64,000 nucleotides of DNA. Origin: Candidatus Bathyarchaeia archaeon. Lineage in GTDB: Archaea > Thermoproteota > Bathyarchaeia > 40CM-2-53-6. A program made the translations under genes and the position numbers. Below the pieces are notes generated by a model. It was not told where the DNA came from. It saw nothing but the letters and a program-made list of their open reading frames with translations, and did no database searches. The stretch is from positions 32,001 to 96,000 of the forward strand of contig JBEKSC010000002.1 in assembly GCA_049517415.1 (NCBI GenBank), read 5' to 3'. Of the stretch, positions 1 through 8,472 are shown one piece after another (the stretch's first letter is position 1; each line of letters starts with the position of its first letter).

Positions 1-198
1 TGCGTCTTCAACTATGTGGTGATTGGTTAAGATTCCGCCGTTAGAATCGAATATTATGCCTGACCCTAAACCGCGTAATGGTATTGTGTCGTAGAAGTTC
101 TCGCGAATCACGCGCAGAGTCGCCACAGTGACTACTGCGGGGCTGACTTTCTGGATAGCAGCAGTTACATCTTTCTCGTTAACAGGAATCAATTCCAA
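1..198 (-). CDS. HtrA/DegP-like trypsin serine protease, N-terminal part (runs off window)
   Basis: Hand translation from TTG at 198: MELIPVNEKDVTAAIQKVSPAVVTV...GLGSGIIFDSNGGILTNHHIVEDA; GSG and TNxH motifs; GAGGT RBS upstream. Confidence 0.85.
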   Translation of the reverse strand, partial: MELIPVNEKDVTAAIQKVSPAVVTVATLRVIRENFYDTIPLRGLGSGIIFDSNGGILTNHHIVEDA

Positions 199-280
199 TG
201 ATACCTCAGAGCAAAATGAAAACAACCGAGCTCTATTTAATGACTAAGTGATCATAAAACTAGACAAGAGGGCCAACGAG

Positions 281-421
281 ATGGATGATGCGAAGTTCCT
301 TAGGTGCGGAAAATGCGGTTACGAATTCCTTTCCAAAGCGTTGAACTCACCATGCCCTAAATGCAAGAGCCAAACCCTCGAAGAGAAAGACATGAAAACC
401 TTGTCCGGTTTCAATGATTAG
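281..421 (+). CDS. Small zinc-ribbon protein (46 aa)
   Basis: Hand translation MDDAKFLRCGKCGYEFLSKALNSPCPKCKSQTLEEK...; two CxxC motifs. Confidence 0.7.
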   Translation: MDDAKFLRCGKCGYEFLSKALNSPCPKCKSQTLEEKDMKTLSGFND

Positions 422-481
422 ACAGAAGACTTTGCCCTAGCGTCCTGGCCTCTCTTTATTGTAGGAGTGCCGAACGCGGGT

Positions 482-586
482 TGGCGCCCTTCGCCAGGAG
501 AAGGCTAGGCTGCTCCTTTGGGCGGGATTCGAACCCGCGTCGACGACGTGACAGGCCGTCATCCTAGACCACTGAACGACCAGGGC
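482..586 (-). tRNA. tRNA-Asp(GTC) with 29-nt intron at 68/69 (490..518); CCA encoded
   Basis: Cloverleaf GCCCTGG...ACGGC CT GTC AC GTCGT...GCGGG TTCGAAT CCCGC; acceptor 3' strand CCAGGGC is restored only after removing a BHB intron. Confidence 0.93.
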
Positions 587-614
587 ATCGGCACCCCAGA
601 AATCGCTGTGCCAG

Positions 615-620
615 CTTAAA
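615..620 (-). promoter_or_regulatory. Putative TATA box of tRNA-Asp
   Basis: TTTAAG on minus strand about 30 nt upstream of the tRNA 5' end. Confidence 0.5.
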
Positions 621-717
621 GCCTTGCTACAACATATACGCGGAACAGAAAAGACGCCAAGCATATCTTACGGTGGTCTTCGCTAGGATGTGACGGCATA
701 CGGACTCATATTTGGTT

Positions 718-819
718 ATGCTGTTGGTCATAGTCGCGGTGCTGATCCTTGTACCGGTCATCGTAGCCTACGCACATGTTCGTCAACGCCTGCTCGAAAG
801 AATCTTCAAGAACAGATGA
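718..819 (+). CDS. Possible small single-TM membrane peptide
   Basis: MLLVIVAVLILVPVIVAYAHVRQRLLERIFKNR: hydrophobic helix followed by basic tail; fills an intergenic gap. Confidence 0.4.
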   Translation: MLLVIVAVLILVPVIVAYAHVRQRLLERIFKNR

Positions 820-821
820 TT

Positions 822-2543
822 TCACGGGCGGGTTGTAAGGACCTTCGCGAAATCGTTCTCGAAATATTCATCTTTGTTCCTGGTTAGGGAACCTCTCTGG
901 TCGGTTCCGAGTTTCCGCAGGTCTGTCCTCTTGATCTTCCCGCTCACGGTCTTAGGCAGTTCGCTTACGAATTGTATGATCCGCGGCCGTTTGTAGGGCG
1001 CCATGTGCTGCCTGGTGAAGTTGAATATCTCCAAGGCCAGTTCTCTAGAAGCAATCAAGTTTGGTTTTAGCATCACGTACGCTTTTGGAACGAACCCTCT
1101 CAACGGATCTGGACTTGCAACGACAGCAACCTCCGTAATGGAAGGGTGGACCAGAAGTTCGCTCTCCACTTCGAAGGCACTGATCCTATAGTCTGAGCTC
1201 TTGAACACGTCGTCGGCTCGACCTATGAACCAGAAGTAGCCTTCGGCGTCCCGTGACGCCAAGTCGCCAGTGAGGTACCAATCGCCGACGAAGACCTCCC
1301 GATTCTTCTCGCGCGGGTCGATATAGCCATTCATCACTCCGACCGGCCTTCGCGGCTTAACCCGAATAGCAAGAATACCATCGGTCTTTGGTGCAACGGG
1401 ATTATATTCATCGTCCAAGATTTCTACGTTAAACCCCGGAGCTACAACTCCCATCGAACCCAATTTGATCTTCATCCCTGGGAAGAAACCAACTGTTATG
1501 GTTGTCTCAGACTGTCCGAAGCCTTCTCGTATGGTAAGCCCAGTTGCGTCGTGCACTTTCTGGTTTATTTCTGGGTTCAATGGTTCGCCGGCGCTAATGA
1601 GTTCTCTGAGCGAGAAGTGGTAGTCCTTCAAGTTCTCCAAGAGTAGGAATCTCCATACGGTTGGGGGGGCGCAGAGGGTTCTCACGTCGTGGCTTTCAAT
1701 CACGCTTAGAACGCGCTTGGGGTCGAATTTTCCAGAGTAATTGTAGAGGAAACTTGTAGCTTCTGCGTTCCAGGCTCCAAAGATACTACTATACGCGTAC
1801 TTAGCCCAGCCAGGCGCACTGATGTTGTAATGTACATCTCCCCTTCTGGCTCCGATCCAGTACATGGTACTCAGGTGCCCAACCGGGTAGCTTCCGTGGG
1901 TTTGAAGAACAAGTTTGGGCTTCGCAGTCGTTCCCGATGTAAAGTAGATGAGGAGTTCGTCTTCGGGGCTAAATGTATCCTCGGTTCTAAAGTTTGCAGA
2001 CTGATCGTCTATCTCCGCATAATCTGTCCAACCATTCCAACTTCCTCCAACGCTAACCTTGGAGACAGATTCGGGAAGTGAAGCTGAATCGATTCTACTA
2101 GTCAGTTCAGCGCCGGTGAAGATGCACTTAGCCTTCCCCCTTCCAATTCTGTCTCGAATATCGTCGACCGTCAGTAGGGTGGAGGCAGGTATGATTACGC
2201 ATCCAGCTTTCATCGCCCCGAGGAAGACTTCGAACAATTCAACGGAACTAGGCATCATGAGCATGATTCGGTCCCTTCTCTTGAGCCCTAGGGTCATCAG
2301 GAAATTTGCTGCCTTGTTGGACCGTTCTTTCATCGCTTCAAAAGTGACCTTCGTCTCCGACCCTTTGTCGTCTACGTACATTAGAGCAGGGTTGGAACAT
2401 TGCCCCGCCAGTGTATCGAAGTAATCTAAGGCCCAGTTGAACTGATTCAGCTCTGGCCAGTCGAATCCAACCTTCGCTTCCTCGTAGTTGTGTGCGTTTA
2501 GGAGGAGATCTCGAGCTGCAGTGAATTCTTTTAGGCCTGTCAA
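822..2543 (-). CDS. AMP-forming short/medium-chain acyl-CoA synthetase
   Basis: YFTSGTTAKPK, EGFGQSET, TGDLA, GRADD, PKTVSGKIKR adenylate-forming motifs. Confidence 0.92.
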   Translation of the reverse strand: MTGLKEFTAARDLLLNAHNYEEAKVGFDWPELNQFNWALDYFDTLAGQCSNPALMYVDDKGSETKVTFEAMKERSNKAANFLMTLGLKRRDRIMLMMPSSVELFEVFLGAMKAGCVIIPASTLLTVDDIRDRIGRGKAKCIFTGAELTSRIDSASLPESVSKVSVGGSWNGWTDYAEIDDQSANFRTEDTFSPEDELLIYFTSGTTAKPKLVLQTHGSYPVGHLSTMYWIGARRGDVHYNISAPGWAKYAYSSIFGAWNAEATSFLYNYSGKFDPKRVLSVIESHDVRTLCAPPTVWRFLLLENLKDYHFSLRELISAGEPLNPEINQKVHDATGLTIREGFGQSETTITVGFFPGMKIKLGSMGVVAPGFNVEILDDEYNPVAPKTDGILAIRVKPRRPVGVMNGYIDPREKNREVFVGDWYLTGDLASRDAEGYFWFIGRADDVFKSSDYRISAFEVESELLVHPSITEVAVVASPDPLRGFVPKAYVMLKPNLIASRELALEIFNFTRQHMAPYKRPRIIQFVSELPKTVSGKIKRTDLRKLGTDQRGSLTRNKDEYFENDFAKVLTTRP

Positions 2544-2679
2544 ATTTGTCGTGCCCGAGTCGAATAGAGTTTCTTCTAAGGGTTGTTTTTGATTCCTCGC
2601 ATTAGCAAGAAGCTTGAGAAATCATTCATTGTCTCTAATCGTAAGTTGCTAAATATTGCAGCCGACATAGGCAAACAAA

Positions 2680-3165
2680 TTGGTTGAAGCTAGCTTGCCG
2701 AAGAAAACTTCGATCAGGAAGAGCAAACAGGCCACCGATTTCGCACTCGTGGACCATGCGGGGAGGTTGGTGAGGCTTCGTGATTTTCGCGGCAGGAAGG
2801 TTGTTCTCTTCTTCTATGTTCACGATGATACGCCAGGGTGTACGAAGGAAGCGTGCAACTTCCGGGACGGCTATGGACGCTTGAAAGCGAGGGATGTAGT
2901 GTTGCTAGGCATCAGCCCGGACCCGATAGAATCACACAACAATTTCGCGGACAAATACAACCTTCCGTATCCTCTGCTCGTTGACGCGAAGGCGGAGGTC
3001 GCAAAGAGGTTCGGCGTTTGGGGTAAGAAGAACATGTATGGCAGAACATACTTTGGAGTAATTCGCTGCACCTTCATCATCGACGAGACGGGTACAGTCG
3101 TGAAGGAATACAGGCGTGTGAAGGTGGATGGACACTTGGACCAAATTCTCAAAGACTTGGGATGA
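2680..3165 (+). CDS. bcp: Peroxiredoxin, BCP/PrxQ family
   Basis: DDTPGCTKEACNFRD active-site motif. Confidence 0.92.
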   Translation: MVEASLPKKTSIRKSKQATDFALVDHAGRLVRLRDFRGRKVVLFFYVHDDTPGCTKEACNFRDGYGRLKARDVVLLGISPDPIESHNNFADKYNLPYPLLVDAKAEVAKRFGVWGKKNMYGRTYFGVIRCTFIIDETGTVVKEYRRVKVDGHLDQILKDLG

Positions 3166-3665
3166 CTCTTAGGGCAACCAGCCTCAGCAAGGTGGATCCC
3201 ATGGTAAACTTGGACGTCGCGTATGTCCCAACCCCCAAGGACATCGTTCGAAGGATGCTTAGGCTGGCAAGCGTACGTCGCGGTGAAACCGTTTTCGACC
3301 TTGGAGCGGGAGACGGCCGAATCCTGATTGAGGCAGTGAGAGGGTTTGGGGCACAAGCCATAGGAGTAGAGGTAGACCCAGAACGACTAGTTCGTATGAA
3401 AGAACGATTAACGGCGACGGGCACAGAAGCCACGGTGATTCAAGGAGATTTCATGGATGCAAACGTCTCATTGGCCGACGTTGTTGCTATCTACCTTTCT
3501 GATTCGGTCAACGCTAAGCTAGAATCAAAACTGAGGAAAGAGCTCAAAACTGGGGCACGGGTTGTCTCCTTAGATTATACCCTTCCAGGCTGGGTGCCAG
3601 AGAAGGAGTTGACGGTCAAAAGCGGCGGTATTTCGCGTAAAATATACCTATATAGGGTCGCGTGA
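3162..3665 (+). CDS. Class I SAM-dependent methyltransferase (protein-lysine MTase-like)
   Basis: YVPTP, DLGAGDGRI, GVEVD motifs. Confidence 0.85.
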   Translation: MTLRATSLSKVDPMVNLDVAYVPTPKDIVRRMLRLASVRRGETVFDLGAGDGRILIEAVRGFGAQAIGVEVDPERLVRMKERLTATGTEATVIQGDFMDANVSLADVVAIYLSDSVNAKLESKLRKELKTGARVVSLDYTLPGWVPEKELTVKSGGISRKIYLYRVA

Positions 3666-3778
3666 AACGCGCGTGTACCATACCGTACAGGTATCTACAT
3701 AACTTACCCAGAGGGGGGCCGAAACTTGTAAATAAAGAAGCATGCTACGCTAGTATGTTAGCATGGGGGAGGTGAGAG

Positions 3779-3961
3779 ATGTTGTCTAAGTTCAAATTTC
3801 TCCTACCCGCAATAGTACTAATCATCGTAGTAGCGCTAATCCTGGCCTCAAGCAACGCTAGTTTCCTTACATTCTCGCACGCCTGGATCGCCAAGGCTCT
3901 ATTGGGTCAAGGTACTGGAGGCGGCGGTCACGGCATGGGTAGAATAATAGGGCATCATTAA
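3779..3961 (+). CDS. Small secreted or membrane peptide with Gly/His-rich tail
   Basis: Strong RBS GGAGGTGA; signal-peptide-like N-terminus; tail GQGTGGGGHGMGRIIGHH. Confidence 0.6.
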   Translation: MLSKFKFLLPAIVLIIVVALILASSNASFLTFSHAWIAKALLGQGTGGGGHGMGRIIGHH

Positions 3962-4050
3962 GGCCCTAGAGAGAGGCCTCTAGTTCATTCTCCTCCCCTT
4001 TTTAGTGTAAATTATAAAGTTATTATACTTGCGGCGCCATTTCCGCTTAA

Positions 4051-5226
4051 ATGCGAGCAAGGATGCTAGCGACTGAGAAGGTAGGGCTCCTCCAAAGGCA
4101 CAAAATTGTCACGGAGATCATGAAGCAACTCGACCCTACAAATATCAAGATCCTTTCCACGATGTGGGAAACTGGCCCACGGAACCTTCTCGAAGTTTCT
4201 AGAAAAACTGGTATACCATTTACCTCTGTGTATCATCGTGTGGGCAAGATTGAGGCAAAGTCAAAACGCCTCGCCACTGTGATTCCGCAGGTTTCCAAAC
4301 TTGGAATGGTAAGGATTGCTCTTTTCACCGCTGCTAGACCAGGCTCCGAAGAGAGCGTAACTACTGCGCTGAAGATACCCAACCTTTGGCGTTCCGTGAA
4401 CCGTTGCGAAGGCGCCTTCACACACGTGTCAATTCATGTCGTCCCTGTACAATTCATGAAACATTTCAGGACATACCTGAAACGACTTTCCGAATCAGGT
4501 TTGATTAAACAGTCGAAAATGTTCCTTACAGGAGAATACATTCCTAACTTCCCAGCTTTCAAGTACTACGACCCGTCCTCTAATCAATGGACATTTGACT
4601 GGGAGCGCTGGTTGAACGCGCTCAAACGGGACCCCACCAAGACGATCGAAGACCCGGAAAGTTATGCTATGCTTGCAGACGAGAAAGACCTGCTAATTAT
4701 CAAGGAACTTGAGAAGAATGCGCGACAGAGCTTCGCGGAGATTGCGCCGCTCATGGGAATATCTTTGCAAGGCGTCAAGTACCATTACGACAAGAAACTG
4801 GTTCCATCTGAAATTGTGAAGTATGTTGGTTACGATGTCTGGCCGTACCCCGAAGAAGTGTCGGCTTATCATGAGATCTTCCTCAAGTTCACTAGCACAA
4901 TAGAGATGAACAGGTTCTATTCCTTAGTCCGTGAATTGTTCTTTGTACTTGGCGTCTCAAAAGTACTTCACGAGAACTCATTGATCGTGCGAACCTACAC
5001 GCTACAAAACCAGGTTTGGAGCATGTTCTCTTTCTTCTCACAAATGGCGAAGGAAGGGATAATCGAATCATATTCTTCTGTTAGGCAAGATTTCAGCGGC
5101 AGAGAGACACAATCAATATCATTTGAGCTCTTCGACAGCGAGAAAGGATGGACTTTCGATTTAGATAACTGCCTGTCAGATCTAGCGAAACTAACTCAAC
5201 TCGTCCCAGCCGTTCAAAAGGTCTAA
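4051..5226 (+). CDS. Tandem wHTH Lrp/AsnC-like transcriptional regulator
   Basis: Two HTH repeats (LDPTNIKIL...SVYHRV; DEKDLLIIKELEKNARQSFAEIA...VKYHY). Confidence 0.8.
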   Translation: MRARMLATEKVGLLQRHKIVTEIMKQLDPTNIKILSTMWETGPRNLLEVSRKTGIPFTSVYHRVGKIEAKSKRLATVIPQVSKLGMVRIALFTAARPGSEESVTTALKIPNLWRSVNRCEGAFTHVSIHVVPVQFMKHFRTYLKRLSESGLIKQSKMFLTGEYIPNFPAFKYYDPSSNQWTFDWERWLNALKRDPTKTIEDPESYAMLADEKDLLIIKELEKNARQSFAEIAPLMGISLQGVKYHYDKKLVPSEIVKYVGYDVWPYPEEVSAYHEIFLKFTSTIEMNRFYSLVRELFFVLGVSKVLHENSLIVRTYTLQNQVWSMFSFFSQMAKEGIIESYSSVRQDFSGRETQSISFELFDSEKGWTFDLDNCLSDLAKLTQLVPAVQKV

Positions 5227-5229
5227 TGC

Positions 5230-5296
5230 TGGTCCCGCGGACCGGAGTTTCGTAGAGTTTAACATCGTTTCAGTCGCTCTAAGCCTAGTAGGCTGA
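5230..5296 (-). repeat. Degenerate partial duplicate of the tRNA-Tyr 3' end plus intron fragments
   Basis: 5230..5255 matches 5341..5366 at 24/26; 5282..5296 matches 5438..5452 at 14/15. Confidence 0.75.
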
Positions 5297-5340
5297 ACTC
5301 CAAATCGCTTCGGACCAAGACCTAGTGTAAATGACTATTA

Positions 5341-5542
5341 TGGTCCCGCGGGCCGGAGTTTCATAGGGGTTTAGGCCCTATTTTGAATTCGCCGAGCCAG
5401 CAAGGGGCTCTCCAGCGACACTCCGGTGTCCGTTGTTAGCCCAGTAGGCTGACATGGGTACGCCTTGGGCGCACACCTACAGCGTCTCCGTCGCTCCGAA
5501 TAAGAGAGACTCGGAAGCTCTACCAGGCTGAGCTACCGCGGG
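5341..5542 (-). tRNA. tRNA-Tyr(GTA) with four introns: 30/31 (5484..5511), 37/38 (5428..5476), 53/54 (5388..5411), 59/60 (5358..5381)
   Basis: Spliced product CCCGCGG TA GCTC AGCCTGGTA GAGC T TCCGG CT GTA GA CCGGA GTGTC GCTGG TTCAAAT CCGGC CCGCGGG A CCA; archaeal Tyr identity C1-G72 and A73; each intron forms a BHB. Confidence 0.92.
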
Positions 5543-5677
5543 ACTGATTCAAAACCTTCGCTCTGTAGCCTATAAGGTTTCATGAACCATACGCCGAACC
5601 ACCCGTCTTAGTGGTCCGAAAATACTCGCCCGGATTAAATCCCTGGAGGCATTCTCCTCCGCGTTAGGTTAGTTAGG

Positions 5678-6085
5678 ATGATATTCAAGCGATCTTTCCG
5701 TGTTCACTGGGTTGACACAGACACTGCAGGCGTCATGCACTTTAGCAACTTCTTCCGTTACTTCGAAGCTTGCGAAGAAGAATTCTATCGTTCCCTCTCT
5801 CTGCCGCTGACTGAGATCCACGATAGATTTGGTGTATTATTACCCCGCGTCGAGGCCCACTGTCAATACAAAGCCGCGTGCAGATTCGATGAGCTGATCG
5901 ATGTTACGTTGAAAATTCGCGAGGTCCAGAAGAAGGTCATCATCTACGATTTCCAAGTTATGCGTCAATCAGATGGAAAACTGGCGGCGGAAGGCTTCGT
6001 GAAATGCATTGCTGTAGATTCAGAATGGAAAGCCGTCTCCTTACCCGGTGAAGTCTCAAGAACAATTCGTAATAGCATACTCTAA
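5678..6085 (+). CDS. Acyl-CoA thioesterase, YbgC/4HBT hot-dog family
   Basis: RVHWVDTDTAGVMHFSNFFRYFE motif. Confidence 0.9.
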   Translation: MIFKRSFRVHWVDTDTAGVMHFSNFFRYFEACEEEFYRSLSLPLTEIHDRFGVLLPRVEAHCQYKAACRFDELIDVTLKIREVQKKVIIYDFQVMRQSDGKLAAEGFVKCIAVDSEWKAVSLPGEVSRTIRNSIL

Positions 6086-6128
6086 AGACTAGATCGTGGC
6101 TGAAACTATACAACGTAAGGGTTAGAAA

Positions 6129-6794
6129 CTATCGCTGCGACCGTCCACACTTCTCGCAGAAAATTAGATCCTTGGCATTCTTCTTGCCGCAGAATTTGCA
6201 TTTCCATCGGTCAGTTTGAGCTGAGATTGCGTCATGCTTTTTTCCGCCCCTGATTCCGAGCCAGCATAGGATGATTCCTATCAACAGGAACTCGTAGCCG
6301 GCGAACTCAATAATTGGATTCAGGAGCGTTACATTCTCGACGGTGTTTAAGCTAAAGATTACGACTCGGCGAGCCGTGTCCTCGTTGTCGAAGACGAAGT
6401 AATAAGTGCTGCTAGTTGTGGGTATGAAGGTGAAGTTGGAGGATATGACCGTCGGCCGAACGAGGATGATTGCGCTGGGCTTTCCTGCTCGCCATAGGGA
6501 GAAGTTCCCCTGATCCATCACGTAGAATGCTACCTCATGCCCATCGGAGACCTCCAATGCCCCTTCCACCTGGGTACCCCCTCTTAGGTCGGCCGAGAGT
6601 GAGGTGTAGTTTGTGGCTGGCACTGCGATGAGTGTCGGTGGTAGGATTGGGAGCAGAGTCTGAGCGTGCGATGCTAAACCGAAGGTCTGTGCAATTGGGC
6701 TGAGAAACAGTGGGCCCTGCTCAAGCGTGAACACTCCCGCTAGGAGTAGGAGCACGCCGATTGTCAAAACCTTTCTTCGCATCATCCTCACCAT
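6129..6794 (-). CDS. Membrane protein with extracellular beta domain and C-terminal zinc ribbon
   Basis: N- and C-terminal TM helices, YYFVFDN, WKCKFCG...FCEKCG. Confidence 0.7.
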   Translation of the reverse strand: MVRMMRRKVLTIGVLLLLAGVFTLEQGPLFLSPIAQTFGLASHAQTLLPILPPTLIAVPATNYTSLSADLRGGTQVEGALEVSDGHEVAFYVMDQGNFSLWRAGKPSAIILVRPTVISSNFTFIPTTSSTYYFVFDNEDTARRVVIFSLNTVENVTLLNPIIEFAGYEFLLIGIILCWLGIRGGKKHDAISAQTDRWKCKFCGKKNAKDLIFCEKCGRSQR

Positions 6795-6834
6795 TATTCA
6801 GCTAGTTTAGTTGTTCCATCGCTCCTCGACAGGG

Positions 6835-6949
6835 TGGCGGGCCCGCGGGGATTCGAACCCCGGATCCCAGGCTTTCACCGCTTCCGCCCCGAAGGCTTAC
6901 ACGACTCTTACGCATCTCTGTGTCTTAATCCTGGCTCGACTACGGGCCC
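6835..6949 (-). tRNA. tRNA-Arg(TCG) with two introns: 29/30 (6897..6917) and 37/38 (6874..6888)
   Basis: GGGCCCG acceptor; spliced anticodon arm CAGGC CT TCG GA GCCTG; T arm CGGGG TTCGAAT CCCCG; GCCA end. Confidence 0.9.
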
Positions 6950-7153
6950 TTGTTGCCGGCAGCCATAGACGAAGATTGGCGTATATGGTTAGCGAAACGC
7001 CCGTGGACCGAGCACGGGAAGCTTAGATTGCGGTCCCGGTAACATCGTATTGAAGACGATACCCCCCTCTGATATCCCTTCATGGAGAAAAAGGAATACT
7101 GTTAGGTACCATACGTCTATGCGTCGAACATGTGGTGAAAACAACTGCCCATC

Positions 7154-7579
7154 TTGTCGGGTGAGGAAATTGAAAGCCGCGTGCGAAACGGTTCGCTTGC
7201 CCTCACGCCTTTCGAACGGGTCTGCCTGAATGGAGGCGGTTACGACTTGCGCCTGGGAATGGAAGTGATCATTCCACCCGGAGAAAATCGCTTGGTAGCA
7301 ACCCTTGAGAGAGTTGAGTTGGGAGATGATATAGCTGGGACATTGCATCTTCGCTCCTCCCTTGCACGCAAGGGAATAATCGCCAGCCTAGCGTTGGTAG
7401 ACCCAGGCTTTCACGGGCAACTAACGATTTCTCTCTTCAACGGAGGAGAAGAATTATTCAAAATGAGTCGGAATGGCAAGTTCGTGCAACTCGTGCTACA
7501 TGAGCTTAGCAGCAAGACGAATTTTATGTACAGTGGGAAGTACCAAGATAGCCAAGGAATTGTAGATAGCCGCCCCTAG
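7154..7579 (+). CDS. dcd: dCTP deaminase / dUTPase family
   Basis: GYDLRLG, RSSLARKG, VDPGFHGQLT, YSGKYQ. Confidence 0.88.
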   Translation: MSGEEIESRVRNGSLALTPFERVCLNGGGYDLRLGMEVIIPPGENRLVATLERVELGDDIAGTLHLRSSLARKGIIASLALVDPGFHGQLTISLFNGGEELFKMSRNGKFVQLVLHELSSKTNFMYSGKYQDSQGIVDSRP

Positions 7580-7681
7580 GCACCCCACTCTTTGTGTCAA
7601 TACATGTCGAAAGTATTATTACCGGTGTGCATGAGCATGTGAATATCCCTACTTGTCAAATCGACTACAGAAGGCGGCATC

Positions 7682-8431
7682 TTGAAAGCAGGTTCACGTA
7701 TATCCGACCTAAAGTACAAGCTCATGACCATAGAGCTCCTCAACTTAGCGAAAAACTACTACACATACAGAGAACTCGCACAAATCATCGGACTCCCTGA
7801 GACCGTTCTAAGCAGATACGTAAAGGGCCACGTGCTACCGACGATAGATCGAGCGCAGAACATCAACAGAACCCTACAGAAAATAATGCGTCTCGAAGGG
7901 GAGATTCAGCAAAGAATCCGTTTCGACGAATCTGGATACTTCGACAACACTAAACTCATCTCAGACACACTGCTCCTCGAACGTGCAGTTCAACATGCCG
8001 TAAACGCATTCGCTGGCATGCGCATTACAAAGATCCTTGCGGCAGCCGTTGACGGTGTACCGTTGGCGGCGCTTCTCGCACACAGGCTTGGTGTTGGCCT
8101 CATAATCGCAAAGAAAACTAGGGAAGTGGGAGTACGAGAGTTCATTGAAGAAGTCTACATCCCCAACAGGACTGCAATAATGGTCAGTCTATATGTCCCA
8201 CGAGACGCGCTAAGAAAAGGGGATTGCGTACTCATAGTGGACGATGTCATCGATAGCGGCGAAACACAGATTGCATTAACCCGAATCGTTCAGAAAGCCA
8301 AAGCAGAAGTCACAGGCATGTATGCTCTCATCAGTACGGGTTCAGAGTGGAAGAGCAGGATCGAAGCAGTCACTCATTGCCCAGTAGAAATCGTTTTGCA
8401 AGTGGGCAAGAAACCACTACAAGAAGTCTGA
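7682..8431 (+). CDS. HTH-fused purine phosphoribosyltransferase-family protein (PurR-like regulator)
   Basis: N-terminal HTH (TYRELA...LSRYVKGHVLP); PRPP motif VLIVDDVIDSGET. Confidence 0.85.
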   Translation: MKAGSRISDLKYKLMTIELLNLAKNYYTYRELAQIIGLPETVLSRYVKGHVLPTIDRAQNINRTLQKIMRLEGEIQQRIRFDESGYFDNTKLISDTLLLERAVQHAVNAFAGMRITKILAAAVDGVPLAALLAHRLGVGLIIAKKTREVGVREFIEEVYIPNRTAIMVSLYVPRDALRKGDCVLIVDDVIDSGETQIALTRIVQKAKAEVTGMYALISTGSEWKSRIEAVTHCPVEIVLQVGKKPLQEV

Positions 8432-8472
8432 ACAAAGTTCGGACTTCGCTCGGCAACCAGCCCAGTTACGAC

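Noticed and set aside
437..664. 75-aa ORF in the track
   Set aside because: Overlaps the tRNA-Asp gene; no protein features
5428..5476. Possible nested fifth intron inside the two-hairpin 49-nt Tyr 37/38 intron
   Set aside because: No 4-bp central helix with 3-nt bulges could be built around either hairpin
6811..7026. 71-aa ORF WRARGDSNP...
   Set aside because: Antisense translation of tRNA-Arg
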